Shown piece after piece: positions 36,527 through 48,006 of a stretch of 64,000 nt of DNA (position 1 is the first letter of the stretch; each line of letters begins with the position of its first letter). Made by a program: the position numbers and the translations under genes. The stretch spans positions 22,754,001-22,818,000 of the forward strand of contig OZ004612.1 in NCBI GenBank assembly GCA_963924565.1, written 5' to 3'. The stretch comes from Ascidiella aspersa (lineage: Eukaryota). The notes beneath the pieces are model-generated. The model did not search any database. It was not told the origin of the DNA and was given only the letters and a program-made list of their open reading frames with translations.

Positions 36527-39500
36527 TTAGTACTTCATAAGTTTAAAGCCAATGTGGTCATCATGGGACGGTAAATATTTACCAACACCCAAGGGCAGCA
36601 GTTTCCCATCACTAACGTTAATAAGAGCCCAGAACTCTCGATTGCTTTGCGAGGCTGCTCTGCCGTTAACGGACACCAGACTTGGGCCCCATGATGTGTA
36701 CTTCACTTTGAAACTGCAAAAAAAAGGATTACTGTTGTTATGTCACATGTTATGAAGTGGATTAGCAGCTTCTTTTAAAAGGTGATAAATCTTAGGTTTG
36801 GTCTAATTTTGTGTACTTCTACAATTGTGTTTAGCCGATTTGAAAATTTAGGTAACCCGCGTTTGCCGCTTAATATGTGCCGTCTTACAAAAACTTTTAA
36901 CCCACATTTTTATAAAACACCAAGATGTCGAAACAGATTTCCTAAACGCGGTTACATAAAACCGATGCTTTTAGAACAGTGTTTCTTATTTTTTTTTTGC
37001 GACGACCCAAGTATGAATGTGCAAGTATAACAGTAAAGCTTTGACAACCTATTATCTTTACTAATTTTTTTGCAAGATAAAGTTTAATACAGTAGCATCC
37101 ATTAATTCAATTGTGATAAACATGGGTCATGTGTGGCTTTCGCAATTTTCGTAAATTTCGAAAAAATCTTGCTGAAAACCATTGTCAATAAATAAAAAAA
37201 ATACTTCAGTCGGCGACCCAATAAATTTAAACGGCAACCCACATTTTAGGTCGCTACCCAAAGCACTGTTTTACAATATTGAAAAAAAAATTACCTCAAT
37301 TTGTTTTCGCACTGAGCCTGTTTCATGATATTCAGCAGCGTGGTGTCTTTGATGACATCTGTCATCGTGAAAGTGCTGTTTGTTCCTAAACCGCTCCACA
37401 AGGTGGAAGGAAGTACAGACAACTTTACATGGATGTCGAAGCGGAAAAAGGCAAGTAGTGAGTCATATAACGAGACAGGTTGGCATGTCGGGTTGAATTC
37501 GAGCTGCGGCTTAACGAGGATTTCAGATTCATCTACAGGGAAAAACAATGAGGAATGTGAATGGCAAAACAACGGCCGTTTTCCTTCGTAAAAGTGTTTT
37601 TTTTTCGAGTTCTCACTGCACGTTCTTCAACCAGAATTGTTTTTGGTCTAAACGTGACCTGTAATCGATTAGTGTCCAAGAAAATATATCTGTTTCAGAA
37701 TAATTTTTGTTTGTTATATTTAAATATATTGAAGTATCAAGAGCTATACGTTCGTTGCGGTATGTGATTCATTTTGTTCAACTTTAAAACATAAAACAAA
37801 TAAGAAGGCAAATGGTAGGAGGCTCGAAAAAGACGTGGGATAAACATCAAAGACAAACGAAGTGAATAATTTTCTATAAAATTTTTAACAAATACTTATA
37901 GAGAGTGGTATTTTTAATTTATATATAGGCTTTGATCAGGCCCATAACTTTGTCAACTGGGGACTTGACGAAATTTCCACTGTAGACGCTCATTGTTTTG
38001 TAATTATATTAGCAAATTGAGGTATTATTTTCACACAAGAAGCAATGTTTCTTTTTAACAATGTTTCTAAGGATGCAGATAATGTTAGCCAAGAGTATAG
38101 AAACTAATCCGACGATCAACCCGAAAGATACAGGAAACCGGTATGAGTCAATACAACCATGCAATAAAGTCTTTGCATAATATAGACTTTATTGCATGGT
38201 TGTATGAGTCCTTGGCAGGGCACCGGTTAAGCCAGTGATTAAGGCCGTGGCCGCATAATATTGGTTATTCTCCTGAAAACAGAGTATATGCTGCTACGTT
38301 GCTTACCTTAGCACTTTTGAACCGAGATTTACAATACAAGAATAATGGTACGAAAAGGGCGAAAATTCAATGAAAGGAACCCTTTAATTTGGCTTGGAGT
38401 CACGGCGGCCAAGGAAACGGCGGACCACAGTTGTTGGTGCACGGCCCTGCAGTCGCAAAACATTATTTCCTCGTTGAATGACGCGACTGGTGCGAGATCT
38501 GCCTAAGCGATGTGACGATTACGCTTTTCGGGAGTTTTACATCTCTGGGGCAGGCGAATTGATTGCGTATGTATGAGGTGCGTGGCAAAAGCAGTCAAAC
38601 AGGCACTACCACATACGATAACCGCCTCCATTCATATCTCCTTCGACCGCCAATGGCGTTGGTTTCCTCGATCTTCCTATATGTTTTTGTGTAATCAAAC
38701 AACGAAACTCAAAGTAAAAAAAACCGAGTAAAATCAGGACGTTTTTTAAAAGGAATATATATTTCGCCTATACTGGCATCGTCAGTTCCTAAAGTAATAA
38801 TAAAATTTATAAAAAAACGTCAAAAACATACGGAATCATTATAGATTAAGTAAAAGGTCTATGCTTATTGTGGGATTTGTGGCATTTGTTATTTTTAACC
38901 ATTTGGCTTCGCTAAAATCCAGTTGACTCATAGGCGGTTCTCCAAAATACAATTTCAAAACATTCCGAAATAGCGGGTTTAAATTTAAGTAGACATGTGT
39001 TCAACAGAATAGTGCCGTAAAACAGCAGCTTTGTCGTTTTTTTGTGTAATATTACGCTTAAACAGCAAAACAAATAGACGGACGAGAATAAAAATAAAGC
39101 ACCCTCCAAGAAGCGACGGCTAAGGCCAGCCCACTCAACTTTATGAGTTGTGAGTTTTGCAGAATTTAAACCAGAGATATACTCTAAGTGTGTTATCGAC
39201 TTGATCATAAATACAAACATATAGAAAGCGTCGGTAACGTCTTCGCATGCTTACAACGTTATATAACGAACCACGCATGCAACAGTAAGCAATTATAAAC
39301 AAATCATAACCAAGAGCAGCTCCAAACAACAGAGTTAGGTTACAGTTTTTTCGTAGGAAAAAAGTTTTTGAGAGATCTTAAATGGAATTTCGTTCAAATA
39401 GCTTTTATTGTGTTGATAATTATAAAATATAGGTGAAATACTTTCAGGGGCATTTCGAAAGCAAACACATTTATCGGATTCAGAATTTTTCTAAAAGTAT

Positions 39501-42500
39501 AATGCTTCATTTGTTGCAGTATTGAAGTTTTATATACGTGGGTGAAGTTTTATTCCTCTCAATTGTGAAATTATAGACGTTACAAGATAGTTTTCCCAAG
39601 GAGTAGTTCTTGCTCACCGTAAAACACACACTCTGCGTCGACACTGATTTACGACATGGTCTGGACATTTTGGAGGTTTTTTAATGTCGATTTCAAAAGA
39701 CCATAATTTTGATTTGCTGTTCACATTTTGAATAAAACTTCAAACAGTATTTTTACACTATATGCTATGTTAAGATGTTGTGGCTTCTATAATTTTTCGT
39801 TTTGGGCTGTTTTAAACCACTATTGCACCTATAAACTATATGTGTAATTTAAAGACACCGTTATACTTAACTGAACGTAAGGAATATAAGCATGTGTCAC
39901 CCAATTTTGTGGATTTTTAGCTTCTTTAAAATTCTACTTTTTTATAACGATTTTTTTCTTTTTTTGATAAGTATAATTCCCGTGATTTCGCTTCATATTG
40001 AATTTTTTTAATGAATGCGTTGTCAGTCAGTACTGAAGGCGCACGGTAATTGTAGCTGTCTATTTAATTTTTTATTGCACATTGTGTAATTACAAAAACA
40101 CTAAAATAATTTCGATTTTGTTTAGAAAAACCAAGCACCACTGCTGTTTTAATAAAAAATAATTATGGAACCTTCAGTAAGGGAAGATTATTTGTGTAAA
40201 TCGTTTTGTCTTCCTCACTTTTATCCGCCAATCACACTTATGTGTTTTGAGGGTAACGCAAGGCAGCCTGCGGGGGTAATTCAAGGCAGTCGACGGCAGG
40301 TCATACGACAACGACCACCATTCAAACCGGTTCAAACCGATTTCTTCTTTATCGGCTGATCGATTGCGGCCATAACCTGTTTGCAAGCTTAAGCCACCAG
40401 CTTTGTGTATTAGGCTGTGTCGCTTGCTATAAGACCCAAACTAAAAGTACAGTAGTTTACATGTAAAGACAATGTGCTGCTTTAATTGTGCTAAACTACG
40501 TCATAATAGATTCTGTTTGGTTAACAATATACTTTTTCGTCACAATAAGTAAAGTTCACTAGCACCAGGTGTCTGTTTTGTCCTGTAAATGCGAGTTCTT
40601 GATTTTGCTGAACTATAAGAAAGGCACATAGCCCCCTGTGAATGAAACGTATAAGTTATTTGCCTCAACTTGAACAGCGAATCCAAGCGGGCTTAGACGG
40701 TTTTCAAAAACGGCAGCATTTATCGCATTGATAAAGCGAGTGTCAGATATTTGCGCTAAGGCGCTATCATCTATTAAATTACAGCCTTCGTGACCGCGGC
40801 ATTTGACACTGAATGAGAAAGTCAGGTTGCTAACGTGTCGGTACCGCATGAACTGTAGGTTAAAGGATAAACTTATCGGCAATGATGCATGCCTGACAGC
40901 TTCATGACTGCCATATATCAAAAACTCGGTAAGAGTAGTTCCTTTTGTTGTATTTACAAGTTAACGAAAGCAATGTTCATAAGGAAGGCCAATACCGTTC
41001 GACGTAAAAAATGACTATATATAGCCACAGCCTTGGTAAACGCGTTTTTGCAAGCCCGCACACATCACAAACTTCGTAGTTATATCGCGACGCTGTTGGA
41101 CGCAAACTCGGAACTAGTCAATTAAGTTCAATTATAATCCTCTCCGCCGCATCACCATCCCACACAGTTATGTGAACTCTACGACGATACCAAACATGTG
41201 ACTATAAGCGATGCCATGCGATGACTTAATTGCTATTGACGAACGACGGCTAAGAAGCGAAAGGTGTTCCCGAAAAGCTGACTCTCCACAATGCAACGCC
41301 TTTTATCCTACGGATAACTTATAATCGCGCAAGGTGTGGTGAATCACGCAAGGTCAAACCTGTGGTGTCGTGCAAAATTACGTTATCTTACCTGCCAAGT
41401 AGACGTTTGATGACTGAAGCTAATTACCAGTTATATAATGCAATCATCGATTTAAACCTTTTGTCCTGATTTTTTATACGTTTTGTATTGCAAACTAGGT
41501 ACTTCAAAACTATTTAGTGACTTCCTTTAAAACCAACGAACTATTTATTAATGTACTAATGAATAAATTGTCAACGTGTGCTGATTTACAAGTTTCAATT
41601 GACCAACGCCCTCCAAATAGTGTTATTGTTTTTTTCAATTATTTTTGTGACACTCATTTTGGGTTAAATTAAAAAAATATCTTTGAAAAGTTTTGCAAAA
41701 TAATTAAATCACTCCTTTTCTAAATATTCTGGAATCACCTTGCGTCCTTAGGGTCGAAAGTAGAATGATTTTCTTACCGAAAAAAAATTTTGGCAGGACG
41801 GCGCAAAATTACGTCATAACCGAACATCTAATCATTTAACCTTAAAAAATGGACTTAACGTTCAATATCGTGCACAAATAATATGCAACTGAAATAGGAA
41901 TGAATAGTTTTGGGACAAGGCCTCGTTGACAAATAACATTTTTTTACCAGGACGATATACCGGTAAAGGAACGCCGCTCCAGTTTATTTGTATCGCTGCT
42001 TATCATGAAAGCAAAACTAAAATTATCGTGGAACCTAAACGTGGTATTTTTAAAACAATTTAGTTTGTCAGCTTAAGTACTGAATCTTGAGTGGTGCAAG
42101 ACGGTAGCACTGTTTCCGGGAATCGGTGTTTTGCGTCATAACGCAGCTAAAGTTAAGCTGTATTTTATTAGCACTGACATGTTCCGTTCTTGGCTCCGTT
42201 GCAGGAAGCTTATAGGTTTACAAATAGTAAAGTGAATGTTTTAGGGCTTTTCCTTAAACTAACCTAAACTCGTGAGATTGCTAGTGTTGTGAAAAAGTCA
42301 TTTTTTAAATTACCCAAGTCTCAGCCAAATCACTTGAGAAATAAGTCCAATTCAAGTATTTTTTAAAAATATTTTTTTGGCAAAAATACCAAAAGTAGCA
42401 GTCCAAGTCATATGTTGCCCAAGTCAAGTCATTATAAGAGCATGTCAACTTCACGGCATGTCATGGATACCAAAGTAAACTATTAAACAATTTAAATTGT

Positions 42501-45500
42501 TAAACTGGTCCAATAATGAGCAACAACGTTAGCACAAAATAACTCAAACGCATTAGGCCAGTGGTTCTCAAAGGGAGCCACTTGGCTCCCTTTAGGGGGA
42601 ATTTTAAATTTTAGAGAGGAAATTTGTTCCAGGGAGGAATTGGGGAGGAAAAGTGCTCACTTTTTATTATTTGATTATTAGCACACATAACTAACTGCAC
42701 AAAGTTTAAATAAACGGAAACGTCGCTTGCTATAAGACCCAAACTAAAAGTACAGTAGTCTACATGTAAAGACAATGTGCTGCTTTAATTGTGCTAAACT
42801 ACGTCATAATAGATTCTGTTTGGTTAACAATATATTTTTTCGTCACAGTAAGTAAAGTTCACTAGCACCAGGTGTCTGTTTTGTCCTGTTTGTTTCTTTT
42901 AGTTGTAAATACGTAAAAGTAAAGAAAGGGTTGAACATAAGGTTGCCCGGTTCCAGTATATATTTTGAATTCTGTAAAATGCTAAAGCAAATGCTCGAGA
43001 GCGACTCTTACCAATTCATTCATTTAAAAAACAGCTAATGTGGTTGGATTCACAAGTTTGTGTTAAGTATGCCAAATTACTGGTTGCAAAGCAAACACTT
43101 CTTCCATTTCCGACTACACTACATATTAAGTTGAATGTGGTTTTAGTGCCATTACAGATATTTTAACTAAAAAATGGAACACTTTACATTTGCAAACGCG
43201 ATGATTTTCGGGAATAACTGACATGGTTTCCTCCTTAATTTTCATTGTTTTTTTCAAACATGAAGCTCATGGTTTACATTAACAATAAATAGCGCTCTGT
43301 AAATTCGTTATGTATATTTCGTTTGGTAAAAATTTTATTTACATTTTTGTATTGTTTTTAAATTATACCCTACCTTTGTAATGTTCACTGTAATCTCTGA
43401 GATAAATCATAAAAACGCTCTTTGCATATCATATCCATGATATACTGTAAAGTTTTGGCAATATTCCTTTTGGATTTTTTGGGGAGGAACTGACATTGTT
43501 TGAGTCTTTAAGGGAGAAATACGAAAAAAACTTTGAGAACCGCTGCATTAGGCTATAAAGCAATCTAGTTGTTTAAGGTGCAAAACTTTAGGCAATTTTT
43601 AATAAAAAATAATTTTTAATCTCAAGATATTTGACACTACGACTTAAGTCCAAGTCAAGTAATTCGTTCAAAAGACTTAAGTCAAGTTAAGTTATTTTGG
43701 TCAAAAGACTTAAGTCATTTTGAAACCAGTAGTGACTTAAATGCACCAAGTCAAGTCAATGACTTAAGTCATAACACCACTGGAGACAACACGATCTATT
43801 GCTAAAAAAATGTTTTGGTCTACAACCTTTGCACAAAGTTATCACCCCTGTAGCGGCCAAATGTTTATGCCAGATGCCGTCATATTAAATCATAAACTAT
43901 TTTGGTTTATTTAGGAAAGTGTGTAAAACGGCATTAAAAAGTGAGTGGCATAAAATTAAAATGAGCAAAACATTTTCAGTGAGAGGAACATTTAAAAAGT
44001 CCTCCGCATTCTGTCCTAAAAATCTAGTAGCAGACTTATTCACCTCCATTAGGTTGGCAAGTTAGCTCTCCCCTCAAAGACAATACGCTTTTTCCATTTA
44101 ACGCTTGCAGCAAATTGCTGTTCCATGCAACAGATTCCTTATTCGTTGTTGGCTGAAAGATGCTTTGAGCAGCTAATCTGTGGCACGACAAACAAGGCAC
44201 AATTTCAGGTCAAACGAGATTTTAAATTTTAGTGGTTTGAAACGCCTCCGCTTTTTCATACTTTTTTTCGCTAATCTGTGTGGAACGACAAACAGTGCAC
44301 ACAGTTTAAGCTGAAGCAAAATTTTAATTAGTGCTTTTGTAACGCCCATGACTCTTTTAAAAGCCACACAACTTTTTATTAATGTTTTATAAAACTAGAG
44401 ATCGCAATAAAAAAACAGCCGTCTTTTTATCTATATTGCATCGATGATTTTGCCCCAAAATGAGTATTATTTTTAATTTGAAATAAATAGAAACAGACAA
44501 GGCTGTCTTTTTCGAAAACATAATATAGCAACTTAAGAGTAACCACAAGTATATTTAATTTAAAGGCGCGTTTGTTTTAAAAAAAACCTTAAGCATGATA
44601 AAGGTGTGTTAAACAAATTCCATATTCTTGAAGAACAAAGCAGAGCGCTTTTGATACGAAATCTTTACGTGTGAAACCCTATGGCATTATGCTACCAAAT
44701 CACTTTTACCTGCACGTTCCGTTGGCGATCGGGCCGGCAGGATGCGAAACCATGAGAGCAAGCAACGCGTGTGGAGTGGAGTATTTGTTTCCGAAATAGA
44801 AGTGGCTTTGCCTTGTTACTCCCCGAGAGTAGAGATAGGATCGGGCGCGTTGAACCGCTTGACGAACCCGTTGTTTCAGTGGGTTTACCTCTTCCATAAG
44901 TTCGTCCAGGCAGCTCAAGGCAAGAGTCATCTGCGACGCTACATCTAAAGATCGAACGATTGCATGGTTTGGGTTAAAGAGATTTTCTTGCGCGGGCGTT
45001 ATATACATTGCACAACCATAGATCGCGAAAAAAAAAATATAAAAAAAAAATATAAAAAAAAACATTCCTGGGCAGTTCGAGAACATGGATCATATTAATT
45101 TAATTGGAACTAATAAATGCCAATGTATTACGTTTCGTCAATGCATTTTTTTGTATGGTATTTGAGTAGCTTCGGTATTATATTTAAGGTCAGTATTTCA
45201 ATCACCGCAAAAAATGGTTGAAAAACATTGTTTTAAATGCACTGTGCATGAAAGGCGCTTATTAAAATGGTAAAGATAAAGTCGTTTGGCCCTTAGGTCA
45301 TTTGTTAGAGAAACGTTTTGATCCATCATGGCGAAGGACTGGTGGAGGAATTTTATTGAAAGATCAATTTGAAAAAATATGATTTTAGCCTTATTAGTCG
45401 ATAAAACAGTAATAACAGTGCATGGAAGGAAGGATTGCTGGTGGCGCTAGGAGAGAAAAACCGAAGGCAAGGTGGATTGACTATATTAGATCACATATTT

Positions 45501-48006
45501 TTTAAAGGACACTGGAATTAAAGTCTACACGAATTGATTAATATTGCAAAGGGTAGATGTGAAAAGACTTTACTTCTAGAATCACCATAGGGCGGCTGGC
45601 ATGCTAAATGAACTAAAAAATATTTTGAAAAAAATGCATTTACACTTGTACATTTGTAAAACCTACAACTGCATAACTATTACCTATTCCGTGCATGGGT
45701 GGCCCAAAACTTCCATTCAAGTGTTGCATTTGTAGAACAAAATCCAGCAAGTTATTTTTCAAAGGAAGCTTCGAAATGCAAATGGCTTGCATCGCAAGGG
45801 ATGTTGAGTACAAACCGTCTCTAGGTGTCCATAAAAGATTATCTTCTATATTTGAAAGTATGATTCTAGTTAGTTTGGAAAAAAGATTCGTGTGAGTTGA
45901 ATAAATAGAATCTTGAAAAATTGTTGGTATAATTTTACTTCACCTAACAAATGTTCAACTGTATTTTTTATTCAGCGTGTTTTATGTCTGTAGTAATAAG
46001 ACCGAGATTACAATAACATTAACATTGGAATAAAACAGTTACAAATAGGACCAAAATAGGACTAATTTAATAATATGGGAATAAGTTCTGGATCTAAATA
46101 AGCTTTAAACCCATCGGGGTAAGACACAGGCAGAATAAGATCTCAAGAACCCTTTACTTAACCCCAAACCCGACCTATAACTTTATTGCCAACTTCCCCA
46201 ATAATTTCAACCGTAACCCAAATTACGACCTCACCCATTACCCACCCATAACCCCACGTAAGGTCAAACTGTCCTGTACCAAATCAGCACGTTGATAGGA
46301 AACGGTTTACCGGTAAAACACAATCGTCTCATAACCTATCCCTATAGTTTTATGTGTTATTTATTCAATGAGTATAAGGCTTAATCTAGTACGAGTTTTG
46401 TCTTATTCCTAAATTGTAATAAAGATGATTTCGCTTTAGATATTGTTGGTTTATAGGCCTTACTTTCTGTTACCGTTTTTTAGCCTATTTCGTTTGGCAT
46501 TTTGTCAGAAACCATACTTTATAGGTAAACAAATGCTTAATGACGCTGTTTGTTACATTTATGCAGATGCAGATATTTTTGCAGATGCAGACACAAGCAG
46601 ATAAGTGAAACGATAAAATATTAATCTCGCAGGCATTGAAATGAATTTACACTGTTTTAATTCAAGAAAACGTAAAACGTCACCCCGATTGTCGAACTGG
46701 CGATTGAACGATTCCACAAGGTTCTCGTTTAAATTGACTCCAGAGAAATCGCTTGTGTTTTGGCAAAGCGATCGAGCGGCCATTTGGTCACGAGCCAACC
46801 TTCCGATGTTGGTTTTGCTGCAAAACGTGAAGTAACCAACATTTGAGTGATTTGTAAAAAAATATAACCAGTCTGTTTTTTTATGGTGTACAATTATACC
46901 ACTCACAACACTTTTGTATCTGGCTTCAATAGTGTACAACTGGTAATGCTATCGCGCTTGTTTTACGCATTTTTTCTTACTTGTCATACGCTGCAACTTC
47001 TCCTTTAAGCCATGACACGTAGGAGTTTGTTGCTGAGTTATTGGCCAGCTGTAGACTTATTATTGCTTGGGAATACGGCTGGCCATTGATGGCGGAAATC
47101 AATTTGTCATTAAGGGTTTCATCGACCGAATCAGCTCCACCTGCAATAACAGCATGACCAGACTTACAAAAGATCCTGTATTTTAAATTGGCAACTATAC
47201 AGATACAAAACAAAAGGCTTATTTGTCAACAAATATTTTACTGGAAAGCGTCGGAAACTTTAGCGTTGAAGGAGCGATTTTGTTTCGTTTGTAACAACTT
47301 AAACCTACGTTAAAAGACAGACACTGAAGATCACCCAATTAGTTGCAATAAATTTATTTGGGAATTCTATAAAAAAAACAATGCTTAAACCTGCAATGTG
47401 GAGCTTATTGGTATTGCAAGGAGCTGAACAACAAAATGAATGGGAACCAAAATGTAAAGTTTTAAATTCCTAAGCTTTTATATCAACATGGTGTTTATTT
47501 AAACAGTAGAAAACTCTTTGTAAGATTGTTACAATTTTTGTAAGACGTGGATAGTCTATACAAAAATCAAATGGAGATAGGTAAGAAAGTTAGACGTCGT
47601 ATGTTTTGGGATTTTACATGATAATTAGTGTTTTTGTAAAACTTTACCAGAATGTTTAAAGTTAGTTAAGTAAAGCAGTCAGCGTTTCCACTCTGTTAAA
47701 AGTACACCTGACCTAGTTTATGTTTAACAAGGGCCATCCGTAATGTTGCTTTCAAATTCAAAATATAAGGTTACATCCTATCTATTTTAAGGTCCTTTGA
47801 ACATAGCGTTCTTAACGTTTTAGTGACCTTATTCGTTGTGGCATTGCTTACATGCAAGATAGCTTAAAACAGCCAAATATCCCGTTTAACATTTGAAGCA
47901 GCAATATTTAAAATACGTCCACACTAAACTTACCGCAAACTTTATATCCTTCTGTCAACGTCAAATAAACTGCGATCTGAACGAATGCAAAAACGAAACG
48001 GTACAT
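36527..48006 (-). CDS. TCN2-like: Secreted cobalamin (vitamin B12)-binding protein, transcobalamin/haptocorrin/intrinsic-factor family, complete alpha+beta domains, 451 aa
   Basis: Exons (minus): 48006-47934, 47423-47391, 47140-46981, 46817-46684, 45845-45684, 44944-44710, 44177-44044, 37532-37295, 36713-36527. Total 1356 nt, open frame. Signal peptide MYRFVFAFVQIAVYLTLTEG. Alpha-domain motifs GRLARDQMAARSLC, GLYSTSLAMQAIC, HGIDVASQMTLALSCL, FGNKYSTPHALLAL and SNLLQALNGKSVL. Beta-domain TLLNIMKQAQ, TSWGPSLVSVNG, REFWALI and LPLGVGKYLPSHDDHIGF. Minus-strand AATAAA at 36466-36471. Confidence 0.92.
42559..43545 (+). mobile_element. hAT non-autonomous element with a transposase C-terminal relic, nested in the AAGTC element 42282-43782
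   Basis: TIR cagtggttctcaaag / ctttgagaaccgctg, perfect TSD cattaggc. About 43040-43240 reads WLDSQVCVKYAKL...LLPFPTT...VECGFSAITDILTKK (hAT dimerisation region). Confidence 0.9.
45340..45615 (+). mobile_element. 3' fragment of an RTE-clade LINE
   Basis: Reads EGRIAGGARREKPKARWIDYIR...DTGIKVYT...LINIAKGR, which resembles the EG.I.G.R.RG.P..RW.D C-terminus of RTE ORF2. Confidence 0.55.

Noticed and set aside
45846-45868. First AG (45866) as the acceptor of TCN exon 5
   Set aside because: It is phase-incompatible with the upstream donor and adjacent to the ctaac branch point. The AG at 45846 restores the frame.
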